Under the pieces are notes generated by a model. That model made no database searches. It was not told the DNA's origin and saw only the letters and a list, made by a program, of their open reading frames with translations. Shown piece after piece: positions 39,482 to 53,129 of a stretch of 64,000 nt of DNA. Origin of the DNA: Podarcis cretensis (Eukaryota); NCBI GenBank assembly GCA_951804945.1, contig OX638150.1, positions 45,260,001 through 45,324,000 of the forward strand. Reading direction: 5' to 3'. The first letter of the stretch is position 1; every line of letters begins with the position of its first letter. The position numbers and the translations under genes are program-made.

Positions 39482-39924
39482 AGTCAGAACTCTCACTCAG
39501 CAAATTAAATTATCCAGTCCCAATAATTCCTGAGCTCTTGGATACTATAATAATAAAGTTCTTTTGCTTGTCATAAGGAACACGTGAGCTTCTGTAAAAA
39601 TAAATAAATCATTTAATTGTTTGCACTGCTGTTTTTATATTATACCACTTAAAGGTTATTGCTAACATTACTTTCCAAGTGTGGAATCTAAGGTTTACTT
39701 TTGAAATTCCAGTTCCAGAAGTATTTAGATATTTCAAGCTGGAAGACAGACTAAGAAAGGGAAGCTAGTGGGTCAGCTTCTGGATTTGTTTTGCTCAGCA
39801 TGTACAAAATGAGTGGCAGGCCAGATCAAGGTGCAATGAGGTTCTTAAAATGTGTTTATTTATTTAACTGCAGACCTGGCAGCTGGATGCTTACATAGTA
39901 ATGTGAAGCAGGGGACCCAGATAT

Positions 39925-39928
<4 letters not shown>

Positions 39929-39973
<45 letters not shown>
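39929..39973. repeat. (AT)n microsatellite
   Basis: About 22 units. Confidence 0.95.
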
Positions 39974-39977
<4 letters not shown>

Positions 39978-42044
39978 CCACATAATAGAACTCTGTTTTA
40001 GATTTACACCTAAATACTTGAGGGTGCCTGTCAAAAACTTGTCATATTTATCCAGCTATGGATCAATATACCTTACTGTGATTGCTATGAAATAGGATTG
40101 TTATTAATGCCTTGGATTCATAAACCAACTGAAACTTTGTCTTTTAAGCTTTCATGATAAGCACATTTGCATTTTTGTCTATCAGTTCTGGAGATATATT
40201 ACACCATCTCTATGCCATTCTTCATCTCCCGTAATTTCAGAAGAGGAAATTCTTCCTGGAAAGAGGAAAAAGCTTATTGCTAGCATGACAAATAGCCTTT
40301 CTGGCAACTTCTAATTTATTACAAGCCTGCCTCCCACCCTATACAAACAGGATGCATGTGTGCATGCACGCACACATGTTTGGATCATTGTTCAGCAACT
40401 GAAACCTAGTGCTGATAAGGTTTGGGCTTAGGAGGAGCACATGCTGCACTTTGTCAGAACAAACCAAGCTCCCACCACAGGACTGGAGGTTGAATGCATT
40501 ATGATTCCATCAGCTAGGCCTTAGGGAATACTCCACGCCCATGGTAAGGTATCTAGACACCCAGCAAAGTATCTATATACCCAGCTAAGATCTTTTACAT
40601 CCCCTGCCACTGCACTTAGTACTGCCTCCTTTAGTTTCTTCCTATCCTTCTTGGCCTCTCTCTGCAGTGCTAAGACCTTCCTATTTAGAGGTCAGACTTT
40701 AATTCCTGTTGGTGAAAACTACAGAGTTCTCCCCCAGTCCATATCCTGAACACCATAAAGCACACTTTTCATGCATTTATGTATCTGCTGTAAGTTTCAG
40801 TATCTCCAATTTTAAATGCCAGGAGCGGTATCAAATTTCTTCATTTAAGTTCACACCGGAGTACCCTGGTGATGCAATTTTTGATCTTTGCTGGCCCCAA
40901 TAAACATTTTTGTGAACCTATTTCCCCTCTATTCTAATATTTGACCTTCTATTGCAACGTAGACATTCAGTGCCATATTTTACACTATTTTCTCTCCTGC
41001 TCATCCCCCATTTCTGGTCTGCCATCCTCCAGTGCCCAAAGCAATAACCCAAGACTATCTAACAGCTCTGCAGGGTTCCATTCAGAGAACTGCCAGTCCT
41101 TGGCAGAGCAGAGCACATAAGAAAAATTCTCTTTCTGTTTTCACAAATGTGCATTGAGGAAATATGCTATTGCTCAAGGTCTCATCAGCATTTACTTTCA
41201 TCTTTCCTCACATTTGTACCAAAAAAAATCTTTTTATTATCTTAACAAATTAACAAGACATGGCAGTTCTGCTGCAATCATGTTATATAAACATCTCCCA
41301 TGAAGATATATCATTAGATTATATTTTAAGCTCCCATATGTCATCAGAATTCATGCTGAAGCAACCTTACAAAGCAATCTTTATGACAGATTTCTATGGA
41401 TTAACCAGGTTCCCCTCCCCTCTCCCAACAATTTTCTCTGACATTTTGTTAAAACTTTAATACTCTAAGCATTGACAGTTGACATCCTTTCTGACACTAC
41501 TTTTACCAAACATCAGCATATGCTACAAAATAGTAAATGATGCCTTGCAGATTTAGGCCTCTTAGCTTGAAATACACAGAAATGTGTTGGTAACCAATGG
41601 CACCACCAATTAAATAATTAACTATTATGCACTATTCAGTTTTCTGGCTTCTTTCAGAAATCACTTAGATCTTCTAGATTTCTTTGCATTGTGTTGTTCT
41701 TGCCACCCGCTGCATAAACTTTACAATGTGCCGTAAACATTACAGCCTTTATTAATAGGCACCATGTATTTAAATAGCCTTTTATACTCCAGCTGCTGGT
41801 GATGTACATGAAACACGGCAATCGATGTAACTGGAGCTTATGGTGGGAAGGTGAGGGAGTGTAGAAGGGATCTTAATGGCCATTTGCAGGCCTAACAGCT
41901 TTTAGTTTTTTACAGACTAGAGCTGCCAACATACACAGATAGGGGCAAATCATAAGCATCACCATTATGGGCCAGTGCAACTGGTAATTAACAGTTGCAT
42001 CACACAAGCATCTCTGGATTGGTTCCCTATAATACATGTTTCAT

Positions 42045-42051
42045 ATCTATC

Positions 42052-42092
<41 letters not shown>

Positions 42093-42096
42093 CCTA
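42045..42096. repeat. (CTAT)n microsatellite
   Basis: About 11 units, abutting the MITE's TA site. Confidence 0.9.
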
Positions 42097-42706
42097 CCGT
42101 ATTTTTCGCCCCATAGGACGCACCGGCCCATAGAACGCACCTAGTTTTTTGGGGGGGAAATAAAGGAATTTTTTTTTATTTCCCCCCCCAGGTGCGCTGC
42201 GCTAAGCCTGAAGCTTAGGGCGTGCTGAGCTCAGCGCGCCCCAAGCTTCTGGGTACTGGCAAGGTCTCAGCTAGCCCTGGGAGAGCCGCGCGGCTCTCCC
42301 AGGGCTAGCGGAGCGCTGCGCTAATCCCAAAGCTTGGGGCACCCGGAGCTCAGCGCGCCCCAAGCTTCTGGGTGCTGGCAAGGTCTCCGCTAGCTGTGGG
42401 AGAGCCGCGCGGCTCTCCCAGGGCTAGCGGAGCGCTGCGCTAAACCCAAAGCTTGGGGCGAGCGGAGCTCAGCGTGCCCCAAGCTTCTGGGTGCCGGCAA
42501 GGTCTCCGCTAGCCCTGGGAGAGCTGGGTCTCCCACGGCTAGTGGATAGCTTCCTGAAGCCTGGAGAGCGAGAGGGGTCGGTGCGCACCGACCCCCCTCA
42601 CTCTCCAGGCTTCAGGGAAAGCCTGCATTCGCCCCATAGGATGCACACACATTTCCCCTTCATTTTTGGAGGGGAAAAAGTGCGTCTTATAGGGCGAAAA
42701 ATACGG
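42097..42706. mobile_element. Non-autonomous Tc1/mariner (pogo/Tc2-like, CCGTA TIR) element with internal ~120-bp GC-rich tandem array
   Basis: TA|ccgtatttttcgccccataggacgcac ... gtgcgtcttatagggcgaaaaatacgg|TA (27-bp TIR, 2 mismatches). Three internal units at about 42194-42545. Confidence 0.9.
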
Positions 42707-42716
42707 TATCTATATG

Positions 42717-43063
42717 GGGTCGTGGTGGCGCTGTGGTCTAAACCACAGAGCCTAGGGCTTTCCGATCAGAAGGTCGGCAGTTCGAATCCACGCGATGGGG
42801 TGAGCTCCCGTTGCTCTGTCCCAGCTCCTGCCCACCTAGCAGTTCGAAAGCACATCAAAGTGCAAGTAGATAAATAGGTACCACTCTGGCGGGAAGGTAA
42901 ACGGCATTTCCATGTGCTACTCTGGCTTGCCAGAAGAGGCTTAGTCATGCTGGCCACATAACCCGAAAGCTGTACGCCTGCTCCCTCGTCCAGTAAAGCG
43001 AAATGAGCGCCACAACCCCAGAGTCATCCGCAACTGGACCTAATGGTCAGGGGTCCCTTTACC
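42717..43063 (+). mobile_element. Sauria SINE
   Basis: tRNA-like head (gtggcgctgtggtctaa box A, gttcgaatcc box B), body caaagtgcaagtagataaataggtacc, tail ggggtccctttacc. Two more copies occur in the window. Confidence 0.92.
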
Positions 43064-45344
43064 ATAATATTTGAAGTAGAAAAAGGCTTCTCAATGCTTT
43101 GAGATGGGAAAGGCTTTGTTTCGAATGAAACTAGTTCACATTTCTATGGGAGATGGAGGTGCAGAGGGATTTTGTTTAGAGGAAGGAGGGAGATTAGAAA
43201 AGTGGGGAAAGGCTTCATTGAATCTACTTTAGAGTTAATTGAATACTAGTTACTGAAACTATCAGCAGATGGAGCTGCTGCTTTACTTAACCCATTTTAA
43301 AGAACATACCAAGGAGCAATTTCCACCCATTATAAATAGCAGTTTCAAAGGAGTGATTTTTGTCAGGAACCCAACAAAAGAAGAAAGGGTTATATTCCTC
43401 TTCCTCACCTGCTGCAATAACCCAAATGCTCAACATTTTAGAATGGGCATTTTAAAAGACATGCATATAAAGGCAAATATGAATTTAACATCAGATTTAG
43501 TTTGGCTCAAACACTGTGTTTAATAATGAGCGTTCTATGTTTTCACATGCTAAAACAGCCAAAAATATCAACTTTTCTCCATGATTCTGCTTTTTCAAAC
43601 ATTTTCTTTCTGAGGACTATTAGTCCTAGGCTTCTTGCATGAGAAAGCTGCAGGAAAATCCAATGAAGGGCTGTCAAACCCTGCACCAAAAATACAAGGG
43701 GGTAAGCATTATTAGAATCAGTCCTTTTTTTTTTAATGCAGGTATAGTTTGTATGGTGTGTGGCAGGGGTGGGGAATCTCCAAGCCATAGGCCTGGCAAA
43801 ATTCCTAATTTGGCTCCCTCAAACCATGGCCACCTGCCTCAAATCTAATGTCGTATGTGCCATGAGGTGTGAACCAGGCTGGGATATGACTGTTTCAGTT
43901 GCATAGATGATCCCTGCAGAAAGCCAGGTTGAACTCACCGCCTATAATCTAATAGGGCAATGAATCCAACCCTGTTGTGCAACTGGCTTCCCTATGGGGA
44001 ACTAGGCCATGCAGCTGATTCTTAAAGAAAGCAGCTCTTCTGCTGCAGTTCCCAAGCACCCAACAACCAGCTGTCCTGCCCCCCATTGAACCCTACTGGA
44101 GTATCGTACATATGTCAATAAAGGTTTGAGAGTCTGACATCTCAGCATAGCAAAGGAGGCTGTAACCAGGTGATCTTGCTTATTCAGTCTGCAGTGCAGG
44201 TGTTAAGCACTGACTCAGAGCTCCAAGGCTCCTGCTCTGCCTTCTTATGATTCTTTATCTTTAAATCAGACTTCGACTGCACAGCATTTCAGAAAACTCA
44301 TTCCAAAAGAGGACAGCTCCCAAGTCCTTCACATTGGGGACTGTCATCTGTAAAGCAGTACACATGGCTACCCTACTAGGGTAAGATTATGGGATAGCGT
44401 GATCAGAAGAAGAGACTGAGGAATCTGGTTCTTGAGTTCTCAGTTGTTCTCTTTGCAAATCTGGAGGTCCAGTTAGTCAAGAAGAAGTGTGCTAAGACTC
44501 CTGAGTTCAATTTTATATATGGGGTATATGGTATATCCAGATTTAAGTGAGAGAGGGGGGGAGACAGATAATACAAAGCATTATCACTACTTTCACAAAT
44601 CCATACCTTTTTTAAAATATATATATATATATATATATTAAATTATGTTCATGTGGAACAAACTGTCCCGGATTTTCAGCCCCAGCTGGAATCTCCCTAG
44701 TGAGCTTTACTATACCTTCTGGCTAAAAAAGGCTTCCTAAAAATCAGCCAAATCCCTGAAGGAAAATAAAAGGATTTAAACATAAGCAGCTGCCCTATGT
44801 TGCTTGACTAACAAAATTTAAAGAAATGTGTTCTTAAGAATCCATGAACTGAAAGCCTAAGGCTAGCCAATGGTCCATTTCAAGAATGGTCAAGTGGACT
44901 CTGAAATAAAATAATAAAGCATTCAGCCAGCCCACACCTTCTGGCCATTTAACAGCCCAAGATAAAATTCAGCTCAACCAAAGGAGGAGGAGTATAGCTA
45001 ATTCTATTCCATGGAGCAAATATGTCACCGAAATGTTGAATATAAAAGTGAAGACAGATATTCTAAAATGTGGGGGAAATGGTTTCAACATGCATTTTCT
45101 GTATTCTGAGGAATTCTGAGGAACACGTCCAAAGTGATACTTAACTTCCTGGTCTTCCCTGCCTGCTTGCTGCCTCAAATTCTGTATGATGTCTAAGATA
45201 GACAACAGTTTCCTGCTTACTAATTAAATGTCTCCTGTTCAACACTTCCACTAAGGAAATATGACACTAAGGTATAGTGCTTGCAAAATGATCTCACACT
45301 GGAGGGACATGGGAAGAGCCAATATTGACTTTAGCACAGAGCAC

Positions 45345-45570
45345 GCTTGTCATCTAGTGGTTAGAGCGATAGGCTAGAACCTTAGAAACCACAGGGTTCA
45401 AATTCCCACTTGGCCATTAATTTCACTGATTGATCTTGGGCCAGTAACTGCCTCTCAGCCTAACCTACATCAAAGAGTCATGGGGAAATAAATGAGGAAC
45501 AGAGAACCGTATACACCACCCTGATCTCCTTGCAGAAAAGGGTGGGATATAAATGCAATACATTAAATAA
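45345..45570 (+). mobile_element. Old tRNA-derived SINE (MIR/Squam-like)
   Basis: ctagtggttagagcg..gggttcaaattccc (boxes A and B), ctctcagcctaacctac core, gggtgggatataaatgcaata tail. Confidence 0.6.
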
Positions 45571-48085
45571 CAAACAAAAACATTATAACATGGGATCATT
45601 TGGATGATGTCCATGAGCCTGACAGGCTTAAAGAGAACCAGAGAGAAGGTAAATTTTGCGTGCCTTTTTTGAGCCACAGCAGGACCAACCATGTTTATGA
45701 AGTAGGAAGACTTAAAAAAAAAACCTTTGCCAGACGAGGGTGGGGGTGTGTGACTTATTACAAGCAGAGATAAAATATGTTTTAACAAGCTCTCTAATGG
45801 AGAGTGGATTTGTTGACTGGGAGTTTACTGTTTCCACCTCATATGTCAACATTACCAGCTACTGGGTTTCATAGAAAAAAACCTAAGTATTTGCTTGAAT
45901 GCATGATTGTCAACATTCATAATGTAACTTATGGAGAACATATTGCTTGCCACATTGTATTTATAAATCCAGCAATCTGTGTTGATGAGGTTCAGGAAAG
46001 AGAGTTCTTCGGAGGAGCTGCATCAGTGGTAACAAATGAGGCATTACATTACCTTCTATCACACTATCAGCATCAACAGCTGAGATTTAAGGGGCTTCTG
46101 CAGAGGGTTGGAAACACTTTTTCAATTATGAAATGGATGCAGGCCACTTCTGAAGGAGGCTGCAGATTACCTCTGACAGCACTAGTAGTATAATCCAGTT
46201 TAAAGCTATACAGACTAGCCATGGAAGTAAAGTCCACCAAACTCAATCAATCTAATTTCAAGTAGACATGCATTGGATTGCACTGTAAGGGAGAAACTAG
46301 GTGCTATGTTAAATACATGTATGCATTTAACGCAACCTTTTTGCTTTAAAAAAACAGCCATTCAGGGAGGGGGAACGAGCATGGTGGGGGAATTAAACTC
46401 CCTACAAGCTACAATGTTGATGGATCCCTGGCCCCTCTGCTATTTTCTCTTGAAGGGAAGCTGCAATTGGATTGCAGAAACTGTAAAGTTAAGTAATTAT
46501 GTTAGAAACTGACTTTTTTTTTTAAAAAAAATGCATATTTGTAACCACAACCGTAGGAGTTTGTCCTTTGTCTTCCTTGTAAGAGTTTTGATTTTAACAT
46601 TCATTCAATACCTTCTAACTTCTGGGCATCGTAGCTATGCCATGTTCAACTTATACACACCATTCTTGCAAATAAAACTTTAAAAATGTGAAATTGGCAA
46701 GACTTCCCCCTTCAATTCTGCAGCAGTCTTGGTAGACTTTCAAAGCAAAATGAGCAAAACATTTTTTTAAATAAATAAATAATGAAAGCCATTGTTTTTG
46801 AAATGGTGGCATGATCTTCCTTGCTATAGAATCATAGAACTGGAAGAAAGAATATCACTGAGAGCACTAATCAGCTCCTCAAGATTACAGGGATTTGAGT
46901 TCTGTCTTCCTCCTCCTATGAATTGGATGAGCATTACCAGCTGAGGATGGACTGTCTGAATGTGAGGCAATTCTCAAAAAATTAAAATACTATTTTGTTT
47001 TTTATTCTTGTCATGTTTCAGGATAAATATTCATTTTGAGATAGCCCAGCCTTTCATCCTCCAAAGGACTGGAAGAAGCAGAGCTGTTAATTCACAACAG
47101 CAAAAAAGTTAACAGTCTTTGCCATAGCAATTTGGAAAGACAGTATGTGCCAAGTTTATATTCCCATGATACTGCACCATATGCATTTTGTAATTTCTGA
47201 AAGCTTGTAAAGTTTCCTACTGAAGTAGTCGTGTTACAACTTGCATGCCAATATGCTCTAGCAAACTTGCAATGGCATTTTCTCACATCAGTTACCATAG
47301 TTTAGGCTGATAGGAAATGACAACTGCATCCCCTAGCATTGCTAAAAGTTAGATGAAGCCTTGGCTGAATTCTCTTAAATGAACTGCTGTTGTTGTCAGA
47401 CATAAACTAACTCATCACTCCAGATTTCATAGATCTAAGGCATGGAAAATGAGAATATTTCTAATGGCAGAATGCAGCTACATTTTCATGATTCATACAG
47501 ACTTTGAACATGCTGTATTTGCAATACAAACAAAATACTGATTGAAAAGGACAAAAGTAACTTTGGATGGCACAGTGTGTTCATTCTGTGCAAATGTCAT
47601 TCCAATCTAATAAATATAAGATTCCATGTGGTTTAGTGTTTCATTATATTATTTCATAATCTTCCATCCAATGAAACATTGCCTTCCTTTACACTATCGG
47701 GGTCTCTTAACGATCCAGCACTTTGAGTTGGCTCATGCAGTGCAAATCTCCCACATGTTTGTCACTGGAGAACGTGAGGCCACAACTGGGAGGTGCTCAT
47801 AGGTTAGTGCTCCCATCCAGGGGCCAACGAAGCAGTTGCAATGACCTGTGTGATTATGTCATCTTACAAATTGCAGTAGATGCATGGACAACGTCATGTA
47901 GGTGCACTGATTAATAGAGAATACCACCTTTGTAAGAGCCTAATTGTGAAACCCTGCAGACTCCCTAAGTAGCTTCTCTGAGCCTTCCCTGAACTAACAT
48001 TCTGCTACCTTCATTGATTTTGACACTCCCATTCCAAGGACCAACCGAAGTGGTGCAGCACATGACACCCCATCTCCAAATTAAG

Positions 48086-48087
<2 letters not shown>

Positions 48088-48128
<41 letters not shown>

Positions 48129-48309
48129 TTTTATTTATAACCCACCCATATTATTATTTTTTAAAAAAACCCATAAGACATAAAAAAATGTCCCAATACA
48201 GGGCTGCCTTCAGATGTCTTCTAAAAGTCAGATAGTTGTTTATTTCCTTGACATTTGATGGGAAGGTTTTCCACAGGGCAGGCGCCACTACCAAGGAGGT
48301 CCTCTGCCC
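48088..48309 (-). mobile_element. L2 3' fragment with (AAT)n tail
   Basis: (aat)n, then ttatttataacccacccat..gggctgccttcagatgtcttctaaa..ttccacagggcaggcgccactacc. Confidence 0.6.
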
Positions 48310-50961
48310 AAGGCTGGTGTACTTATTTTTCAATCTGAGCCTGATAATCCCACATGTGCCTCTTTGGTCGCTGACAGTAAAAGTGCAATCATTATAGATC
48401 TGTAGCTTCTAGTGTGGTGTGCCAGCCATGACCTTGCCACTGCCCTGCCCCACTCCATCTAGCACCATCCAGGAAAGCTGCAGAGATGCTGGTGTTGGGA
48501 AAAGCAGCTCTGCACCACCATACAAGACACTACTGTTATGAACTAACTAATAAGCTGCCCATTCAATACATCTAGAATCAGCTGCCCTCCCACTCTGTTT
48601 GACGGAATGGCCAGTGCTACCCAACCTCCTTCCCAGCTCCTCCACCTAGTCACGGTTCTCAAATGTTGAACGAAAATCCTCTTGATAGGGACCATAAGGA
48701 CTAAACTAAGCATGACTGGCAAGATCTATGATTAAGATCTCCCAGCAATGTAATCATAATTTTAAAAATAGTAGCTGTAGCATGCCACCAATCAGATTAG
48801 CACTGTGGCACTGGAAATATTGTTCACCTGATAAAAATTATGCCCCTTAGCTGCTAGTATCTCTACAGAGCATATAGTATTTTGGGGGGTGGGGGACAAT
48901 TTTATTCACAAAAACATCACCAGTGGGGTGGGGGAAGGGCTAAGACCCCTCTTCACCAGCATTACAGTCCTAAGGCCATTCTCACCATAGCTGCTTTGTT
49001 CACTGATTTAACCATCTCCTAACCACAAGTTTTGTCTCCCATGTCATTGCAAAAACAAGATTTTTTTTTTAAAAAAATGACTACTAATAGTATAATAATG
49101 CTTACAGTAGGTTAATCCAAACAATCTGTGATCAGATATTAGAGCCACAATGAGAGATGGTGAGAAAAGGATTATTTTTCTGCTTTTAAAATATTTTTTT
49201 CTCTTGTTGCCCAAAGTAAGAAATTAGCCCATTTATGCAATTCTACTGGATGACAAAGTTACAGAAGTGGGAATTTGGACTGCAGCAATTTTAAGCTGAG
49301 CTGGCAGCACTTTCAACAAAAGAAAATACTATGATTAGCAGATTTCATTACTCCATACAAAAATAGCTGTTCAGTTCTAGCAGGTTTAAATTCTTGTTGC
49401 AGCTGTTATAACAACCGGACATCTTCAAAGCCTGAAATTCATCATTTTCTCATGCCAGGAGGTAGGGGTTATTTATACAGTCATTTACAAAGCTAAGTTA
49501 TTGGTTCAGAAGCAATGTGTAATGAATGAGGCAACTCAGTTTTCCTAAAAGATTTTGCAGAAATACCTAGGGTACTCAGCCTCCCTGCTTCTCTAGAGGC
49601 AAAAAGTATAATAGGAATGAACAATACCTGTTCTAACCTAACATGAACTTGCATGTTTTCTAGTATGGGTCAAGACGGGAACATCTTATATGCTGTTTAC
49701 TGCTCTGGATCATAAAGAATCATATATTTAGTTAAACAAAATGTCTTAGACATGTTGAATGCAATGATAGTGCAGTATTGCTTGGTGAATATGAGACAAT
49801 GGAATATGAGACAAAGACCCACAAAAAAATTATCTTTCAGTGCAACTAAGGACATAAAGATTGACTAGTATTAGTTCTGAAATGCAGCAGAAACTCCAGG
49901 CAGTACTTTTTTTTTTTGGAAAAGAACTGGAGAATGCCTCTACCAGCATGCATTCACTCTGGGATAATCCATTTGCCACTAGTGATGCCAATAAATCAAA
50001 CTCCCAGTATATTTATTTTGAAACTTTTAAGTATGGATTTACTAACCCTGCTCCTAAATTGGACACAAAGGGCAGCCAATGCGTTACTTAGATAATCTCA
50101 GAATTCCAACAAACACAGCTTATACTCATGAAGATTGATGCAGTTCTCCAATATATAAAGTTTGCTGTTTGATATTCTATCCAAGGCACACTAATTACAC
50201 TTCCTCACTTTTTCTTAAAAGCAGATGTCATTTGCTAGATTTTTAGAGCAGATAATGAACAGCAATGAACATACACAGTGTCAAGAACTGCTGTCAGGAA
50301 CGTTAGTAAATTGTTGATCTTATGGATACATTCAGAGTAGACCCTAGTACCTTCGGTGAAGAGTTATTTGACAAATGAAACAAAGGCTACAATTAACTCT
50401 CTCCACGGTTTCACACAGTGAAAAATGAACAGGACTCCACATGCTTCTGTTCTTCAAAATGCAAACATGGGTATTGTTTTGTAAAATGTCTTATAGAGCA
50501 GCAAGATAACACATTACGTATCTATATATGTCTACAAGCAATAACAGAAATTTGGCATTCATGAGTGTTGCACAGCAGATCTAAAGTATCACATTTTAAC
50601 CAGAAATCAATATGACAGAAATCAATACCCCTACTTTCCTGGAGCAAGCCCCACTAATCCCATTGACACTTTCTTCTGAGTAGGCATGTATAGGATTACA
50701 CTCAAAAGTAAGACCCAGTGAGCCTACTGAAACTTATTCCTAGGTAAGTGTTATAAGATTGCAATTTTGTTTTAAATCAAACAAAACAAAAACATTTCAA
50801 AAGACAAGGAAGGATAAAACTGAACAGCAGTAACAAAACGTTTTCCACTGAAGAATGGCTTTTTATGCTTCATACTGTACTTTTATTTAGATGTTTCTAA
50901 TTACTGTGTAAGACACCTTGAATCCTGGTTTAGGAAAAGGCAGGAATATTATAAAGCCATG

Positions 50962-51211
50962 GAATCATAGAGTTGGAAGGGACCCAAGGATCATCTAGTC
51001 CAACCCCCTGCCAAGCAGGAATCACATCTCCTCTCATTCTCCTCTTTTCCAAGCTAAACATACCCAGCTTCTTCAACTACTCCTCATAAGTCTTGGTTTC
51101 CAGACCCTTGACCATCTTGGTTGCTCTCCTCTGCACACGTTCCAGCTTGTCAACATCCTTCTTAAATTGTGGTGCCCAGAATTGGACACAGTATTCCGGA
51201 TGTGGTTTGAC
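50962..51211 (-). mobile_element. Internally deleted CR1 3' fragment
   Basis: Matches the 37.8-kb CR1 (gaatcatagagttggaag..caaccccctgccaagcaggaa, then ctcctcttttccaagctaaacat..ggtgcccagaattggacacagta) with roughly 260 bp missing between the blocks. Confidence 0.85.
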
Positions 51212-52776
51212 AGTATTATTACTATTATTATTAGTAGTAGACAATGTTATGCAAGTCAGATATGTATAAACCTAATTGAAATAACTCTTCGCAATGAAGA
51301 AGAATCACAATATGCACGTTTTGTACTTTGTGATCTGAATTCCAGTACAAACTGCAGCTTGAAAAGCTACTTTCTGAACATGTTAAAATGCTCACATTGT
51401 ATACAGTCTTTTCATGCCACTGGACCAAGTTAGAATGCACATCGGAGAAACCACCATTTTTTGAAGACATGCCCCTCCTTCCCTTACAGCCTCCCTCAGT
51501 GTGGAAATGGCAAACATCCTTAGCAGAACCACGGTCATTCTCCTATATGCATTCTGAGGTGGTGCAGTCTTATGACAGAATTGTGACAACCACCACACGT
51601 TTGAAACACCTCTTATTTAAGCTTGTTCAATACCTTGGAAAGGATAGCCAAGGGGCTGTTTTTACTGAACAAGGATATCTATTTCTAGCAGAACAGGAAG
51701 TATTCTTCAACACAAGGAAAGCATTTGAAAAACATTTTTCTGCAGTCCCCTTGAGTGTGCAGAAAGCTGTAAAAAGAAGGGATCTGTCAAGAAAACCTTT
51801 AAACGAAATGAGATTGCATGTAATCTTATGTGTGGTATAAGAAAATGGGGGGACGGGACCTTAGCCTTTGATTCAAAATCTCTTTCATGTTCCATTGCTA
51901 GAGGAAAAGGTACGGTACTTCCCAGGGCAACTGCCATTCAGAGAATTTATCCATGCACATTTGCTCTCTATGTGCCACAAATTAATTTTATTATTCTCAA
52001 ATTTATTTTTTTCAATGAAAGCTATTTGTTTTATTTGAAAATGTATCTAGTCAAAACTATTTAGTGCGCTGTTTATTATCATCGTTTCTGTGGCTATTAT
52101 AAACTGTGAAACAAATTAGCCTTTTAGTGTGCATATGTGGCCGTGCATTTGCTTCTTCCTTCACAATTGTGAGCAATAAAATCAGGAAGTGTCCAATCAA
52201 TCATGGTTCCCATTTTGTCTAATCTGGGAAATTATGCTTGCCAGCTTCAGAAAAAGTCAGTATATTAAACACAAGTTTGAAATTAGTTTTGTTAATAAAA
52301 GGTATGTGGCATGTGAACATACAGATTCTACTTTTAGCTGTCATGACAATCACCCATTGAAAGGCTTGCCCTTCATGGATTTGCCTAATTTTGTTTAAAA
52401 TGCCAGCACTAAATTCAGTGCACAGTACATGTATTGTATAAATATGTGCTTTTAATCGTTCTGAACATACAATCAGTTCCATTGTATGATGAAGGTCTAG
52501 CATTATGACAAAAATAGTTTCTCTTTATTCATTACCTATATGGTTGCCAATCTGGTACGTTTCTGTCATGCTTCCTCCTCCCCTAGTTATCTTGTTCCTA
52601 AGCTAGCCACCCACCCAAACAACCAAACAAACACTAGTTTAGCCTTTTCTCATAGTGGGATACTCTATCTGGATGATCAGGGGGTCTCTAGTTGGCCTTT
52701 TATTTATTTATTTATTATTTAAATACTTTATTGACAATCTTATACAACAAATAAAGTATACATCTTCTTTTACTAG

Positions 52777-53129
52777 GTAAAGGTCAAGGGACCCCTGACC
52801 ATTAGGTCCAGTCGTGACCGACTCTGGGGTTGCGGCGCTCATCTCGCTTTATTGGCCGAGGCAGCCAGCGTACAGCTTCCAGGTCATGTGGCCAGCATGG
52901 CTAAGCCGCTTCTGGCGAACCAGAGCAGCGCATGGAAATGCTGTTTACCTTCCCGCCGGAGCGGTACCTATTTATCTACTTGCACTTTGATGTGCTTTCG
53001 AACTGCTAGGTTGCCAGGAGCAGGGACTGAGCAACGGGAGCTCACCTTGTTGCAGGGATTCGAACTGCCAACCTTCTGATTGGCAAGTCCTAGGCTCTGT
53101 GGTTTAACCCACAGCGCCACCCACGTCCC
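52777..53129 (-). mobile_element. Full-length Sauria SINE with TSD
   Basis: Reverse-complement copy of the 42.7-kb SINE. 11-bp TSD tcttttactag at 52766-52776 and 53130-53140. Confidence 0.95.

Noticed and set aside
42194-42545. CRISPR-like repeat array
   Set aside because: Eukaryotic context, contiguous units with no unique spacers, and enclosed by transposon TIRs.
42491-42957. ORFs ending KHIKVQVDK, also at 52852-53195 and 56093-56398, as a repeated gene family
   Set aside because: They are translations of Sauria SINE copies.
45345-45415. tRNA gene
   Set aside because: Boxes A and B are present, but there is no cloverleaf and the sequence continues into a SINE body and tail.
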